Assembly: GCA_029717555.1 (NCBI GenBank)
Contig: JAMDHS010000006.1
Coordinates: 248,001-312,000, forward strand
DNA: 64,000 nucleotides
Source: Peribolospora baueri
Taxonomy: Eukaryota
Reading direction: 5' to 3'
The notes beneath the pieces were generated by a model, which was given only the letters and a program-made list of their open reading frames with translations, had not been told where the DNA came from and searched no databases. Position 1 is the stretch's first letter; the number at the start of each line of letters is the position of its first letter. The translations under genes and the position numbers were made by a program. Below are positions 35,844 to 48,410 of the stretch, piece after piece.

Positions 35844-36204
35844 GTTGTACCAGCGCTACTCCGCCCTTTCCGCCATCCCGTGTGCAACTCTGCTTCTCGC
35901 CTAATGACGCGGTAGGAGATGAGGACGCGAGCTTTGATGTCGTAGGGATCCGTTGGGGAAAGATCGCGTCGATCAAAGCCAATCGCAGGCAACATCTCTC
36001 CTCGAAGATGCTCAGCACGATGGATGGACGAACGAGTGGAGGGAAGGAGGTGGGCGTTCAGAGCACCGCATACTCTTCCCTTCATATGGTGCGCACCTCT
36101 CCTATTGTTTCAGGTTGGCTCCGCCGCGCTCTCAACGTCGTGCTGCGGCAGCCTCCTAACACTAATCGCATCAGAAGGCGTTGCAGGAAAACCATTCGGA
36201 CAGG

Positions 36205-36309
36205 CAAGATGAACATTCGACAACTCAAGATTAATTTTTGGGTAAGCAAGATGAACATTCGACATCTCAAAATTTATGTTTGGCTAAACAAGATTTATGT
36301 TTGGGTAAG
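36205..36309. repeat. AT-rich 21-bp minisatellite, five units with an alternating A/B (42-bp) pattern
   Basis: caagatgaacattcgacaact / caagattaatttttgggtaag / caagatgaacattcgacatct / caaaatttatgtttggctaaa / caagatttatgtttgggtaag. Confidence 0.88.
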
Positions 36310-36786
36310 TATGATTCACATACGTCGTTATTTCAATAGTACTAGGCACGCACAGTCAGAAGTTCCTAGAGCCGAACCCAAAGCTTTCCGGCGACGACGA
36401 CGCTGTAGAAACAAGCGAGATGGGAGCGATAAAATAAAATACCACTTGGGGTGGGATTGCACGCGTTCTATTTCACGGGTCGTCATTACGATTGATTCAT
36501 CGGTAAAAAAAAAAAAAAAAAAAGTCGTTACGGGTCATGATCATGATATCATGGGCATCAAAAAGCCAGACAGACGGGGGGGAATACAGAGCGAGGACCG
36601 AGGTGCAGGCAGGTCTCGTCTCGTCTGCCGAGGCGGCGGCCGAGTGTTGACCTTTGGAAGCTCTACGGCGGACGGACGGCGAAGAAAAGGGGGTAAAAGG
36701 AACGAGAAAATATGGGAGAGACGGAGTACTAAGAAGAACAAGAAAAGAAGAAATCTACAGGTGACCTCCTCGAGAATCCACGGTGT

Positions 36787-39355
36787 CTACAGAGAATAGA
36801 AAGGAAAGCCGATGCGACACCACACCCTCAACCACATGAAAACGATGGCGAGCAGGTACGCGACCACGAGGCTCACGCCGACGGGACCGCCCACGAAGAG
36901 CGCGCCAATCTGGCCGAGCCTCTCCTTCCTCTGCCTCCTCCTCTTTTCCCTCGCCGCCCTCGCCACCCTCGCCGCCTCCGTCACCTCCCTGTACCCCCTC
37001 ACGACGTTGCCCATCGCCTCGGACCACGTGTGCCGCAGAGCGGACTCGGCCGCGGCGACGCTCATCCGTCGCCGCAGGTCCGGCTCCGCGATGAGTGTCT
37101 CAAGCAGTTCCGCGTACCTGCGTGCAACGAGGGAGAACTGCGGCGAGGTGGGATTCATGAGGGAGTGGAAGAAGGAGGCGGAGGGGATGCGGGGGCGTTC
37201 TCGATCTGATGAGGCGAGCGGAGCCGTGTCGGCGGGAGCGTGGAGGTCGGTAACGTCCAGCAGGAGACCCGTCTCGCCGTGGCAGACCAGATCCGAGGTG
37301 CCCTCGGCCCAGAGGCCGACGACGGGAAGGCCCGACGCGAGGCCTTCGAGCGTCACTTGTCCGAAAGTCTCCGTGAACGAGGGAGAGCTGGCGGAAGGAG
37401 CGGATAGGCGAGCGAATGGAGTGGTATGTGAGTTGAAATCCGTCGCTCGACGCTCGCGGTGGTACGGACGGACGTCTCACCTTTTAACGTCTGCGCTGGC
37501 GTAAGCCTTTGCGAGCGCCCTTCCCCTCAAATGACCCATGAACACGGCGTCGAGACCATAACTCTTGCAGAGTCCCTCACACCCCTTCCTCGCCGGTCCA
37601 TCGCCGACCAAGACGAGTTTGGCGCGCTCCTTGGCGGCGGGGGAGAGAGCACGGAAGGCCTCGATGAGGAGACGGAGGTTTTTCTCCCAAGACAGTCGGC
37701 CGACGTAGAGGACGACGACCTTTTCCTCGGCCGCTGCCGCCGCTTTGGCCTTTGTCGTCGACCCCGTGGCGATCGCCCGGAATGCGGAACCGTCCGGCAC
37801 GGAAGAGACGGCGGAGGGCAGAGCGAATGGGGAAGACGGCAAGGGAGGCAGGGGAGGAGAGAGACTATCGTATGCTGGCGGCGGGGATGTTGAGGTGAAG
37901 AGGGGCGAGCAGGGTCGAGTGGTGTAACCCGGGATCGCTCCCCCCGTCGCGCTGTCGGTCGAGTTGGTGCGTCGCGCACGCGGCGTACGATCGAGCCGGA
38001 TGCCTTCTTCCTTCTCGGTCAAGCTATCCCCTTCGCCCTCAAAAGAGCAGGCCGAGGCCGGCGGGAGGACCATGGGAGACGGGCAATCGTTCGAAAGGGA
38101 AGCCGCCTTTTCCTTGAACGAGCAACCCCAGCTTTCTCTGAGCATCTGGTCACGGGCGTCAGGCTGCGAGCGGGCAGTTGGAGAGGAGCGAGGGAAAGGA
38201 TGAGAAAGCGGCCCACACAGACGGTTCCTCCTCCACCGACCAAGTCGGACGACTCACGTTGAACAGCCCGACATCGACGCCGCGTCCCCACACCCTCAAG
38301 TTACTGAACCCGTGCTCCTCAAGCATCCTGCGCGTGCTCGGGCTCGGACAAAACGTCACCTCTGTCTTTCCGTGGATCCACCTGCTGAGGCTCCACATCG
38401 TGTCCTGGAGCCAGGGAAGGCCGAAGAGGGCGGCATAAGTGGGCAGGTTGGTGTGGTAGCTGCTCACGCTGGGCGTGTCGGGGAAGAGGCGGGAGAGGAG
38501 GGGGAGTGATTGTGCGCCGAGCCAGATAGGGTCCACGTAATGGATCACGTCCGGCTGGAACTCGCGCAATTTCCGCAGGAATCGAGGGCGGAAGAAGTTG
38601 AGCTGGAGAGACGTTGGGAAGGCGATCGATTACGGTAAGCGTGTCTTGGTAGACGGTACGAAGCGGTGATCGGTCAGCGTACAGTGGGGCCACGTTCACT
38701 CACCTTGAGACCGGGGTAAAGGACGAGGGGAACACCAGCCGTGCCGACGAGGGCGTGTCCAGCATAGTGAGTCTGCCGTCGGTCCACCGGGATCGTGTCG
38801 GGTCAATTGCAAGATGAGCTAACGGTTCACGTCGCCTGTGCGCTCGCGCTGAGACAGGCTCGGCCGGCCTCAACGACTTGGAGGCGGCGGGCGGAAAGCT
38901 CACCATGCCGCTCTCGGGACCCAAGACGATGGCCTCGATGCTGCCCTCGCCGAGGTGCTCAAGCAGGCGGGCGAGGGTACGCGTCACGCCGTCGATCTTG
39001 GGTAGGAAGTTCTCTGTATGCGACGGTAGGTTGTTTAAAAGTGGGGCGGCGGCGTCCCGGTCAGCCGGAGCTTTTTGAAGGGCAAAAAAAATGCAGACGT
39101 CGACGCGTCGAAAAAACAAATTCATGCGCACGCACCGGTGACGATCGCGACTCTCAGCTTCCTCTTGCCCAATCCTTCCTTGAGGTCATTCTCCAAACAA
39201 GACCTCGATCGCAACCGCGCCTCCTCATCGGATCCTACTTGACCTCCGGTGGCGGGGTGGTCGAGGTCGATGATGCCGTCGTCCATGCGGAACTGCACCG
39301 AAGCGTCAAGAAGCGCCAAGCTGCGCTTCTCGTCCAAAGCGGAGGCGAAGGCCAT
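36787..39355 (-). CDS. Glycosyltransferase family 4 (SQD2/MgtA-like), multi-exon, C-terminal TM segment; start approximate
   Basis: LRVAIVT/ENFLPKIDGVTRTLARL; EFQPDVIHYVDPIWLG; SYHTNLPTYA; CPSPST; VWGRGVD; LYVGRLSWEKNL; LVGDGP; AYASAD; ETFGQVTLEGLASGLPVV. Confidence 0.92.
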
Positions 39356-41877
39356 GTTTCGCGGAGCGTTGTTGGCTACGGGGTGACGACTTGAGGTGGC
39401 GACAGCGGTTCGCGTCCAGCTGCCCTGCAGCGCGACGTTGAAGATGTTCGCTCGCACGACGTCGGCAAGAACGGTCTGGGCCAGCTGACGAGCGTGCACG
39501 GGTCGGGGTGGGCGAGGCGAGTGCAAAGAGGCTGATTGGGTAGAGCTGGGTGGGGAAGGAGGAGGAGGACGGGGATGGATGCGAGGCGGTGATGACGGGG
39601 CCTGCTAGAGGACGACGACGGAGGTCGAGGGGCGGCGGCGGCGCGATCGCGGGTGCGGACGGCGGTGGCGATGGTGGTGGTGGTGGCGAGGAGAGAGGGA
39701 GGAGGGGGTCAGCGACGTCGGGGACGGCGAGCGACGGAGGACTCTGTCTGTCTGTATCTATAATACGGAGGGAGTCCGTGGACGGCTTAAGCCGGCGGGC
39801 TGAGCTGACGTCGTGGGAAGAACAAGGACAGGCGCTGGGGAGAGGAGTCAGTCGCGTTAGCCTCCTCTCCTCCTTCCTTCCTCCATCCGCCCCTCCCCCT
39901 CCTCCATCGCTCCCTCCATCCGCTTGCAAGCGTGGCGCGTGTGCACACGAGGCCATGCCATCGCCAGGGGCGGGCAGAGGGAAAGAGAGAGACAGACGCA
40001 GGCTGGGGTTCGAATCAAGTCAAGCGACCGTGCGGGCGTCGTTTCGTTCCAAATGGATGGTTAGCTTCACCCGTCCCGATTAGCCTCGTCCTCGTCGTCC
40101 GCCCCACGATTCGGGGGCAAGAGCGGGACGGGACGGTGGTTGGAAGAGAGTCTGCCGAAGCAAGCGCTTTCCAGGTCGCCGAACCGAGACGGGATGCGAT
40201 ATGATGCGATGCGATCCAACGGGCATGGGTGAAGAAATAAAGGACGAGAAGAGGAGCGGGTCGTGCACGAGGACAGAATGGATGGACGCACGTTCTCGTT
40301 CTCGTCGCGCACGTGCGCGGGGCAACGTCGCGGCCAGTCTCGATTTTGTTTCAACGCCGCCGTCGGCGCTTACATGCGACGTACAGAGGCAGTTACGGCA
40401 GAAGAAGACGAAGAAAAAAAAAAGGGATGCATTCGGTACGCCACGGCACGGCATGGCACGTACACAAGGCTTGCCTCGTCTCGCCCCCAGCGGCACATGC
40501 GCGAGGACGCCGGCGAGGTGGAAGCAAGCCAGGGCAAGGCAAGCCCCGGTTGGGTTGGGTCGACCGACGTGCAGCCCGAGCAACGACGGCCGGCGGCAGA
40601 AAACCGGAAAGGAAATCATCCATCCACCCATTCATCCATTCATCCATCCGTCCATGCCGAGCAAGCGAGCGAGAGCGAGCGCAGACGCCGCGTCGACCTA
40701 CCCACCCCGACGGCCGCCGGGGACGTGAGACGCGAGACGCGAGACGCGAGGAGATAGATCCCCAGACGTTGCTCCTTTGGTCGGCCCCCATCGCCATCCA
40801 TGTCCCCAGTTCTGCGAGCTCTCCGCTGCCAGGCACGGTGCCAATGCGCACCTGCGGACAAGTGCGAAGGGCGTAGTGTGGCGACACCGCGTTCGTTTCC
40901 TGGGGTAAGCAGAGAGCGAGATGGGTGGCCACTCGTCCCCGGCTTGTACCCGACCTTACGCGCATGGTCCCTTGAGTCTGTGCTCACATCTGCCAGCCCG
41001 TAAGGAACCAGCCCTCTTCGGATTTTCTAATCCTAATCACCCGGGTAATAATGGGAAACGACCGACCGCTAACACCGAGACGGCCGAGCCGGTAGGCATC
41101 GTGCGAACGATGATAACGTCGGTCGTCGCCAGGACTCGCCCCGAGGGCCGCTTGTAACGGCCTACTGCGGCGCCCGGGAGTCTGTCACGTGATGAAAGTA
41201 CGGACCTTCTTGCCGCAGCTCATCGCGAGGCGAGGGACGACTGGAACGCACTAGCTTGGACTACGACGGCGAGGCAACGTCGTCGTCGCATCAGCGGCCG
41301 GCATTCCAACTCGCTCCAACGGCAGCCATTCGAGTCTGAGTCTCGCCTCGCCGGCGGGTGGGCGCAGTGGCGGGCTAGCAGGAGGGGGAGGGGGAGGGGG
41401 AGGTGCAATGGACTCGGCCGTCCGTCTTACACACCGTTCCTCGTTCACAAGGACAAAATTACAGCGATGAAGCCCGCGCCTGCTGTACAGAGCCCGAGCC
41501 CGAGCCCCAGAACCTCCGGGACGGCTCAGCAGGGTCGGGCCCCCGGATGGATGCCGCGGCGCAGGGGCTCAGGGCGACTCTATCTTGGCTTAACTCGTGC
41601 GACCGACCGCCTGTTACAGATTCGTGAATGCTATCGCTCAAATCGGAATATATAGACGGAGGAATGGAGCGTCTCGTCCAGTGTTGGCCCTTTCCATCCC
41701 TCTTTCTTTCCTCCCTCCCCCGTCGCAGCCTCCCCCTTCCTTCCCCCGACCTTCTTTTTTCCGGTCCACTCACCTCTTCCAGTCCGACCTTGCCTAGTTC
41801 ATCTCCGCAGGGTCGACCCACGCTCTCTTTTACTTCTTTCGTTACCTCAACTCCTCTTCACGGTGCAGTGCAGCAAG

Positions 41878-44800
41878 ATGAAGTCCTTCGCCCCCGCCTT
41901 CCTCACCGTCTCCCTCTCCCTCGCCCTCTGTTGTGCCCTTATCTCCTCCCCTCACGCCCAAGCAAAGTCTTCTCCCAACAGAGCGCACACCCACAACCAC
42001 ACCCACGCTGCCGCAGCTGCCCGCCGTGCAGGCGGTGGAGGTAACCAAGAGCGTGCGAACGCTGTCAAGGACGTCTTTCGGCAGAGTTACTCTGATTATT
42101 TCAAGTATGCTGCTCCTTCTGACCTGTGAGTTTGCACGCTGTCGGCCCCCGAGGCGGCGTGGGGAGCGTAGCATCCTATGGGAAAAAACGGGAAGGAATA
42201 AGGCGAAAAACACCGACCCGCTGGACTCTCTCTCTAACCCTCTCCCTCCCTGCTCCCTCCTCCGCCTTACAAGCCTTCTCCCCTGGTCTAAAACGGGAAC
42301 GAACAACAGCATCCTCAACGGATGGGGGGGTAGCATCGTCGACGCCCTCGACACCATGCTCATCATGGGCCTCGACGACCTTTATGCCCAGGCTCTTAAC
42401 CACACCGCCCAGGTCGACTTCAAAAAGACTTGCTGTGGAGATTTGAGCTTGTTTGAGACTACCATTCGTTACGTAGGCGGCATGATGAGCGCCGTGAGTA
42501 GTCTTGCGCGGGACGGGCGGCACGGAACCCGTGATGTGGATCGTTCAATGGCGTCCTACCTGTCCCTTCGGAACCTGCAGTACGAGCTCAACGGTCAAAA
42601 GGACGACATTCTCGTCAAGCGTGGGTATGCCGATCGGACCCCAATTCGCTCTGACGACGCTAACAAGTCGCTTCGTTTATCGTACCACAGAGGCCACCAT
42701 CCTCGCCGACGGCCTGAGCCACGCCTGGGTGAATAACAACAAGATCCCTTACAATGTAGGTTAGGTGTCTTCCAGCGCTTTTTCCTCTCGCACGGCAGGA
42801 CAGCACGGTTGACGATGGGTGCTCCCTTTTGTTTGTCGTCTTTTCAGAGCCTCAACCTCGCGAGCGGCCAGGCGAGCAACAGTCAAGGCCAGGTGAAGCT
42901 CGAAAACAGCGCGTCGTTCTGGACTGACGAGCGTCGTCCAACATGCCGTACTCATCGTCCCACATTGCTCGCCTTGTCTCGCCGCCACAGGGCATCGCCC
43001 AAGCCGGTTCGCTCATCCTCGAATTTGGCACGCTGAGCAAGCACACCGGCAACCAGACGTACTTGAACCTCGCGAACGAGGCCATGAAAGCCATCATCGA
43101 CAGCCCGGCCGTCTTCTCTGGTCTTTATGCGCAGGGCATCAACCCTGTGGGTCATCGTTCACTGCCGTCAGCACGCATCTCGAAACGTTTCGAGTTTCTG
43201 ACACATCTACTTGCCCGCACGACGGCCCACAGTCGACCAACCAGCCCACCGACGACTATGTCACTTGGGGCGGCGGGTGAGTTTTTCCTGCTTTTTGCCT
43301 TCCTTGACACCTCTTTTCCATCGCTTTTTCTTTTGCTTAATCCGTCGATTCTTCGGCTACAACAGGTCGGACAGCTTCTTCGAGTACCTCATCAAATGGG
43401 GCCAGCTCAGCGGAGGCCAGGACGACACGTACGTTTCGACCTGGAACAAGGCGGTGGAGAGCAGCATTGAGCACCTCATCGTCCGCTCGGGTGTCGGCAA
43501 CTACACCTACCTTAGGTGAGCTGAGGCGGTCCGGACCGTTCGGCTCTGCGATTACACGTCCGCTTTCGGGCGTTCACCCATTTCTATGTGCGCTTGACAA
43601 TCTCCGTAGCGACTATTCGGCCAGCAACGGTGGGAACATCTACACGTGAGTGCCGATGTCGTTTCTCTCCTCATACCCGTCGCGCATCCTCGCCCAACCC
43701 AACAGATTGCCTTCTTTCTTCTTTCCCCACCCCCCAGCTTCTCCCATCTAGGCTGCTTCGCTGCAGGTAACTGGGCCCTGGGCGGGCAGCTTCTGAAAAA
43801 CGCCGAGATTACAGAGTACGGCCTCGAGCTCGTGCGCTCGTGCGCCAACGCTTACAATTCGACCGCCACTGGCGTCGGGCCGGAGGCGTTCGGGTACGTC
43901 GACGCTCAGGGCAGGAGTCCCGGTAACAATATCAGTGCTGCGCAGGAGATCTTGTGAGTCTTCGTCTGGCCTTCCTTCGTGTTCGGTCGGGTGTGATCAG
44001 CTCTGACATGACGCCACGCATCCCGGACGTGTGCAGCTACAAGAAGCATGGCTTTTTCATCACCACGGCCGACTACCTCCTCCGTCCCGAGGTGCTCGAA
44101 TCCGTCTTCTATGCCTACCGCATCACCGGTGACACACGCTACCAGGACATCGCCTGGGACGCGTTTAACGCCATCAAGAAGTACTGCAAAGGTGAGTCGA
44201 TCCCTCGGTCCTACAAGCCGCTTCTGCGACCGACGCCTGCCGACTGACGGAAGCGGATTCCTATTCGTCCGCCGCCTCTCGCCCATGGCGTAGCTCCGGC
44301 TGCGTATGCTTCCTTGAACGACGTCAATACGATCCCGCCTCCCCAGCTCGATGACTCCGAGTCGTTCTGGTACGCCGAGACGCTCAAGGTGAGCTCAAGC
44401 TTGGCGGTATCTTTGCGTGCCACAGAGCCGAACGCCGCCAGATAACCCTTCCTAACTCCTTTTACGTACCCCCACTCCGCACGCGATTCGCACGCGCCCG
44501 CTTGCGCCTCGTTTAGTACCTTTACCTCACCTTTTCGGACTTTACCGTAATCGACCTCGACGAGTACGTTTTCAACACCGAGGCACACCCGTACAAGATC
44601 GAGTCGTCCAACCCGAACTTTGGGACCGTGCAGGCTTCCAACAACCACAACCCACCCCAGGGCGTGTTCGATGACATGTGGTGAGTCCGAACGGCTCGAC
44701 TTGGAGAACCGAAGAATCGCCTCGGTCATCGTCATCGTGTTCTAAACCGACTCCTCCCTTTCCTTGCCCCTGCCACTCTGCAGGGACTCGACCGCGCGCC

Positions 44801-44934
44801 CGTCGATGAACGTGGCGCCGATGCCGACGCAGGGCGCGACGGCGCTCAACCTCCCCTCCACCGTCCGCACTGCCCTCCACTCGGGTCTCTCCAGCGCGCA
44901 GGGAAGGGGTAAGGGCGCCGTCGGGTCGTTGTGA
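41878..44934 (+). CDS. Glycoside hydrolase family 47 alpha-1,2-mannosidase, secreted, about 13 exons
   Basis: Signal peptide; [98 protein letters not shown]. Stop TGA at 44932-44934. Confidence 0.95.
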
Positions 44935-45577
44935 TCTCGCCCACCCCGATTCGGGCCGGATGCAGCCCAGCCCGTCACGAGCCCGAGCCTCGGCCGGGTT
45001 GGAATTGGTCGAGCGCGAAAACTTGTTGCGGAACGAAGCGTCGGAACCTATAATCTATCTGTCTGTCTGTCTATATAATTTTAGGAGGGATCGCACGGAC
45101 GCTGGATCACGCAGGTCAGTCGTCGATTTGTAATACTGATACCTTGGATAGAAAAGGCTTCTTCTCTCGGTGGTTGCGAAGACTGGAGCGCCCCCGCCAG
45201 GCGTCGGTCGGTCGGACAGGCCAGAAAAGGTGGGGTTGTGGGTGGGGCGACGAGGAGAAACGGTTCGTCTTTCGTTTTTTTTTTTTTGTCGTCGCACTCG
45301 CGACCAGGTTTTTCTTTTCGTTAACGTTAGGCCCGGGGCCGGAGCCGGGTAGGGTAGGGTAGATAGATCGCCGAATCGGTCTGTCCCAGTTGACGAGACC
45401 CGGAACAGTCACGGTGCTCGTGCGTGCGAGTTGGTGCAGCCGAGGGGACAACGTCATTGCATTTCACGATGCCGCGACGCAGCGGGAGAAACACGCCACG
45501 GCAGTAGCAGTTAACACGACGATGACGACGACGGATGGCTCCCCTTTCCGCCCCCACTCCTTGAGAAGGCCCGCTTG

Positions 45578-46176
45578 CTACTCGATCAGCTCGATCACGC
45601 CGTTGAGGCTCCGGGTGGCCTTGTGGTGGGGGACTGCGGTGGGGGAACAAGCAGGACACGTTGCGGAAGAGGCGCGCAGGGAAGAAAGAAGAAAAGAGGT
45701 CGAGGGAACGGGCGTCGTGTGCTCAGCAAAGCAAGTCGCGATACATAAATACCAATATATCCTCCGCTGACCGTCGTTCGTGAAGGACACTCACTCATGT
45801 TCTTCTTGAGTAGGTCCCGCCTGGTGCCTCCAGAGCCGTCGTTGGAGAAAGCAACCTGGGAAGACGCAACGGGTGATGTCGAAGGGAAGTTAGGACGGAT
45901 AAGCGAGGGGAAATAGGGGTAAGGAAGGAGTGGAGAGGCGAGGGACTTCGGACGACTTACAATCTGGCCGTTTTTGGACATGGCCGCTTGCGGGTCCGGA
46001 ACTGAGGTTCAAAGGCATGACGCGCGAGCATGAAACTTCGGTAAGCGGGCTGAATGATATCCACCGCGGTAACCCAGTCTTCTGTGCTCCGTTCACAGAC
46101 CATTGTTAGTGGTGCCCTGGGCGCAAGCGGCGCCAGCGAAGAGGGCGGCAACGAAGAGAGCGCGGAAGGAGACCAT
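45578..46176 (-). CDS. Small secreted protein, ~77 aa, 4 short exons
   Basis: Hand-spliced: MVSFRALFVAALFAGAACAQGTTNN/VPDPQAAMSKNGQI/VAFSNDGSGGTRRDLLKKNM/IPHHKATRSLNGVIELIE*. All three introns are GT..AG with matching phases. TATAAA near 46455. Confidence 0.72.
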
Positions 46177-47232
46177 CGTGAAGATGTTGACTGGGTAGGC
46201 GCGGACAAGCAGCGGGAATCTGGTGGTAAAGACTGTTGACGTTGGCAAATGGGAGCAAGGTCGACCTGCGACGAGACTAGCTTCGAGCGAAAGAGAAGAG
46301 TATGAGAATGAGATGAGGGTCAGCGGGAGAGAAAGAGTAAAAGAAGTAGGTCAATCCACGCACGCGGGCTCACTGAGGCTGAGTGGCGAACAGAGGACTC
46401 CTGGTGGGGGGAAGGGAAAGAAAAGACTCGCCGGGGAGGGTGAGAGTGCCTTTATACGACTTCTCTCGTTCTCCACTGCCCGATTCAGTCCTTGACCATG
46501 GCTGTCATGCCAGACGCGGGAGGAGATGAGAATGGGCAACCGCGAAGCAACGGAGAGTGAGCGAGCTGGATCTCAGAGCTCGGCTGTCAGTTGCTCATAT
46601 GATCACGCTCAACCAAGAAAAAGACTGAGTGGACAGAAGGGAGGACGTGAGACGGCAGCGGCAGCGGCGGCGACGACGATTGACCTTCATCAGCCATGCC
46701 TCCCCGCCATGAGGCTCCGCACGGCAACGCTGACTGAGGGCCAATCATCGTCCGGGATCTGGAGGAGAGAAACAAGCAATGTGTGTGCGGATGGAACAAC
46801 ACGGGCGCCGCTTGGCGAGGGTGCAAAGATCCCATGGTCGTGGAGATGGACGACTGTTGTGTCCTTCCGCAAGGCGTCCGTCGTCATGGCGAGCAGGGAG
46901 GGACCGGCGTCGCGACTGATCATGCGGGCGCGGCAGAGACTCAGCTGTTAGTAAGTGTCGTGCAAGCAACGTAACGTCACGATGGGCCTCCCTGAATGCA
47001 CACGACTGAGAATCCGAAGGTACGCTGGCAGCGAGCGGACGAGCAAGTGCGGAGGAGGGGAGAGACAGAGACGGCCGAGGAAGCGGAGGGACAAAGTTCC
47101 GATCCGGCAATGCTTGTCGCCCGAACCCGGTCACGCGCTCGGCGCGGGGTTGAGAGATCGGCGGCTCCAACGTTCACCTCGTTCTCCTCCAGCGGCTACC
47201 TCTCTTCGTCCTCTTCCCCTCCAACCCGAGAG

Positions 47233-48410
47233 ATGTCTTCAAGAAGACACACCTGGACCCCGTACGTTCTGGCTGGCTCGGCGCTCGCGGGCGCTGCGCT
47301 GTCCTATCTCGCTTGGACGGCGATGGCGAGCGAGGGAGACGGCAGCAGGCATGGGAACGCGGGTTCGCAAAGAGCGAGGAGGTGGTGGTTGTGGTGGGGA
47401 CGGGACGGGGAGGCGGAGGAGGGCGTGGGCAGGACAGGACAGGTGAGTGTGGGCCGAGTCGGAAGGAGCGCTTTGCTGGACCATTTCCGAGCCCGTCGCG
47501 CGAACAGTGGTCATCGTCGACGTCTTCTGGCCAGGAACTAACCCCCCCCTTTCTCTCGCGTCCTCTCCACTACTTACTTGTCATTCGTCGTCCTTAGCTC
47601 GCCAACCGACCAACGCTCTCACTCTCCCTACCACCCAGCCCTTCCTCTGTTCTACCTCCTCAAGCTTTCATGCACCTCCTCAGCTCCCTCTACCTAGTCC
47701 ATCTCATTCTACCCTCCTCCTCCGCGACGCTAGGTGCTGAAGGGCCAACGGCGACAGGAGGAGATGCCGAAGCTCTCTTCGACGACGATGACGACGACGA
47801 CGACGACGACGAGAGAGCCGGACCGATGCCTAAGGCGAGCGAAGGCGCGGCTCGGGACGACTCATCGTCCACGTTGTCCGACCTTGCCGCCCTGCCGCAC
47901 TTTGACCGTCGACGGGTCCTCGAGTACTCGGCGGCTGCCGGACGCGCGGCCCTCGCTCGGTGCTTGGCGTGCGACGTGCACGTCGAGGCGGTATTCGACG
48001 ATGAGGAGGAGGCGGAGGTTGGAGGGGAGGACAAGGACGAGGAGAAAGACGAGACGAGGGCAGACCGCCTCAAGGCGCTCGAGCAGCTCTCGAGCGTCGG
48101 CACGCTCGTCTTCGTGCTCGTCTTGCCGTCTCCCCAGCCTCGTCGGTCCGGCTCCGTCTTCGACGACACCCACACCGCGGCCTCCTCTTCCGGCAAAGAC
48201 AAAGACAAAGACGAGCCGCCGACCTTTGTCCGGCTGGCTTCCGCCGCGGCCGCCTCTCCCTCGTCTTCCAGAGAAGGCCGAAGCAGACCACGGTGGAGGT
48301 ACCTAGACGTCCGACCCGTGGGGCACGGTCCCGGGGGGGTGCGAAGATCGAGATGGGAAGAGGCGTGGAGGAAAGCGGGGGAGGAGCTGAGGAGGCTCAG
48401 AAACAAGTGA
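47233..48410 (+). CDS. N-terminally membrane-anchored protein, PEX22-like; intron 47443-47597
   Basis: TM anchor YVLAGSALAGAALSYLAW; LLSSLYLVHLIL; FDRRRVLEYSAAAGRAALARCLACDVHVE resembles the Pex22 'VLF.ST..GR...VRQL....H.D' motif. Confidence 0.62.

Noticed and set aside
31990..36345. Definite Helitron or TIR transposon call for the island
   Set aside because: There is no transposase, TIR or TSD; the terminal CTAG is not followed by T and I saw no clear GC hairpin. Kept only as a hypothesis.
35813..36799. 328-aa plus-strand ORF
   Set aside because: It runs through the minisatellite, a poly-A tract and the antisense of the GT4 3' UTR, and is not protein-like.
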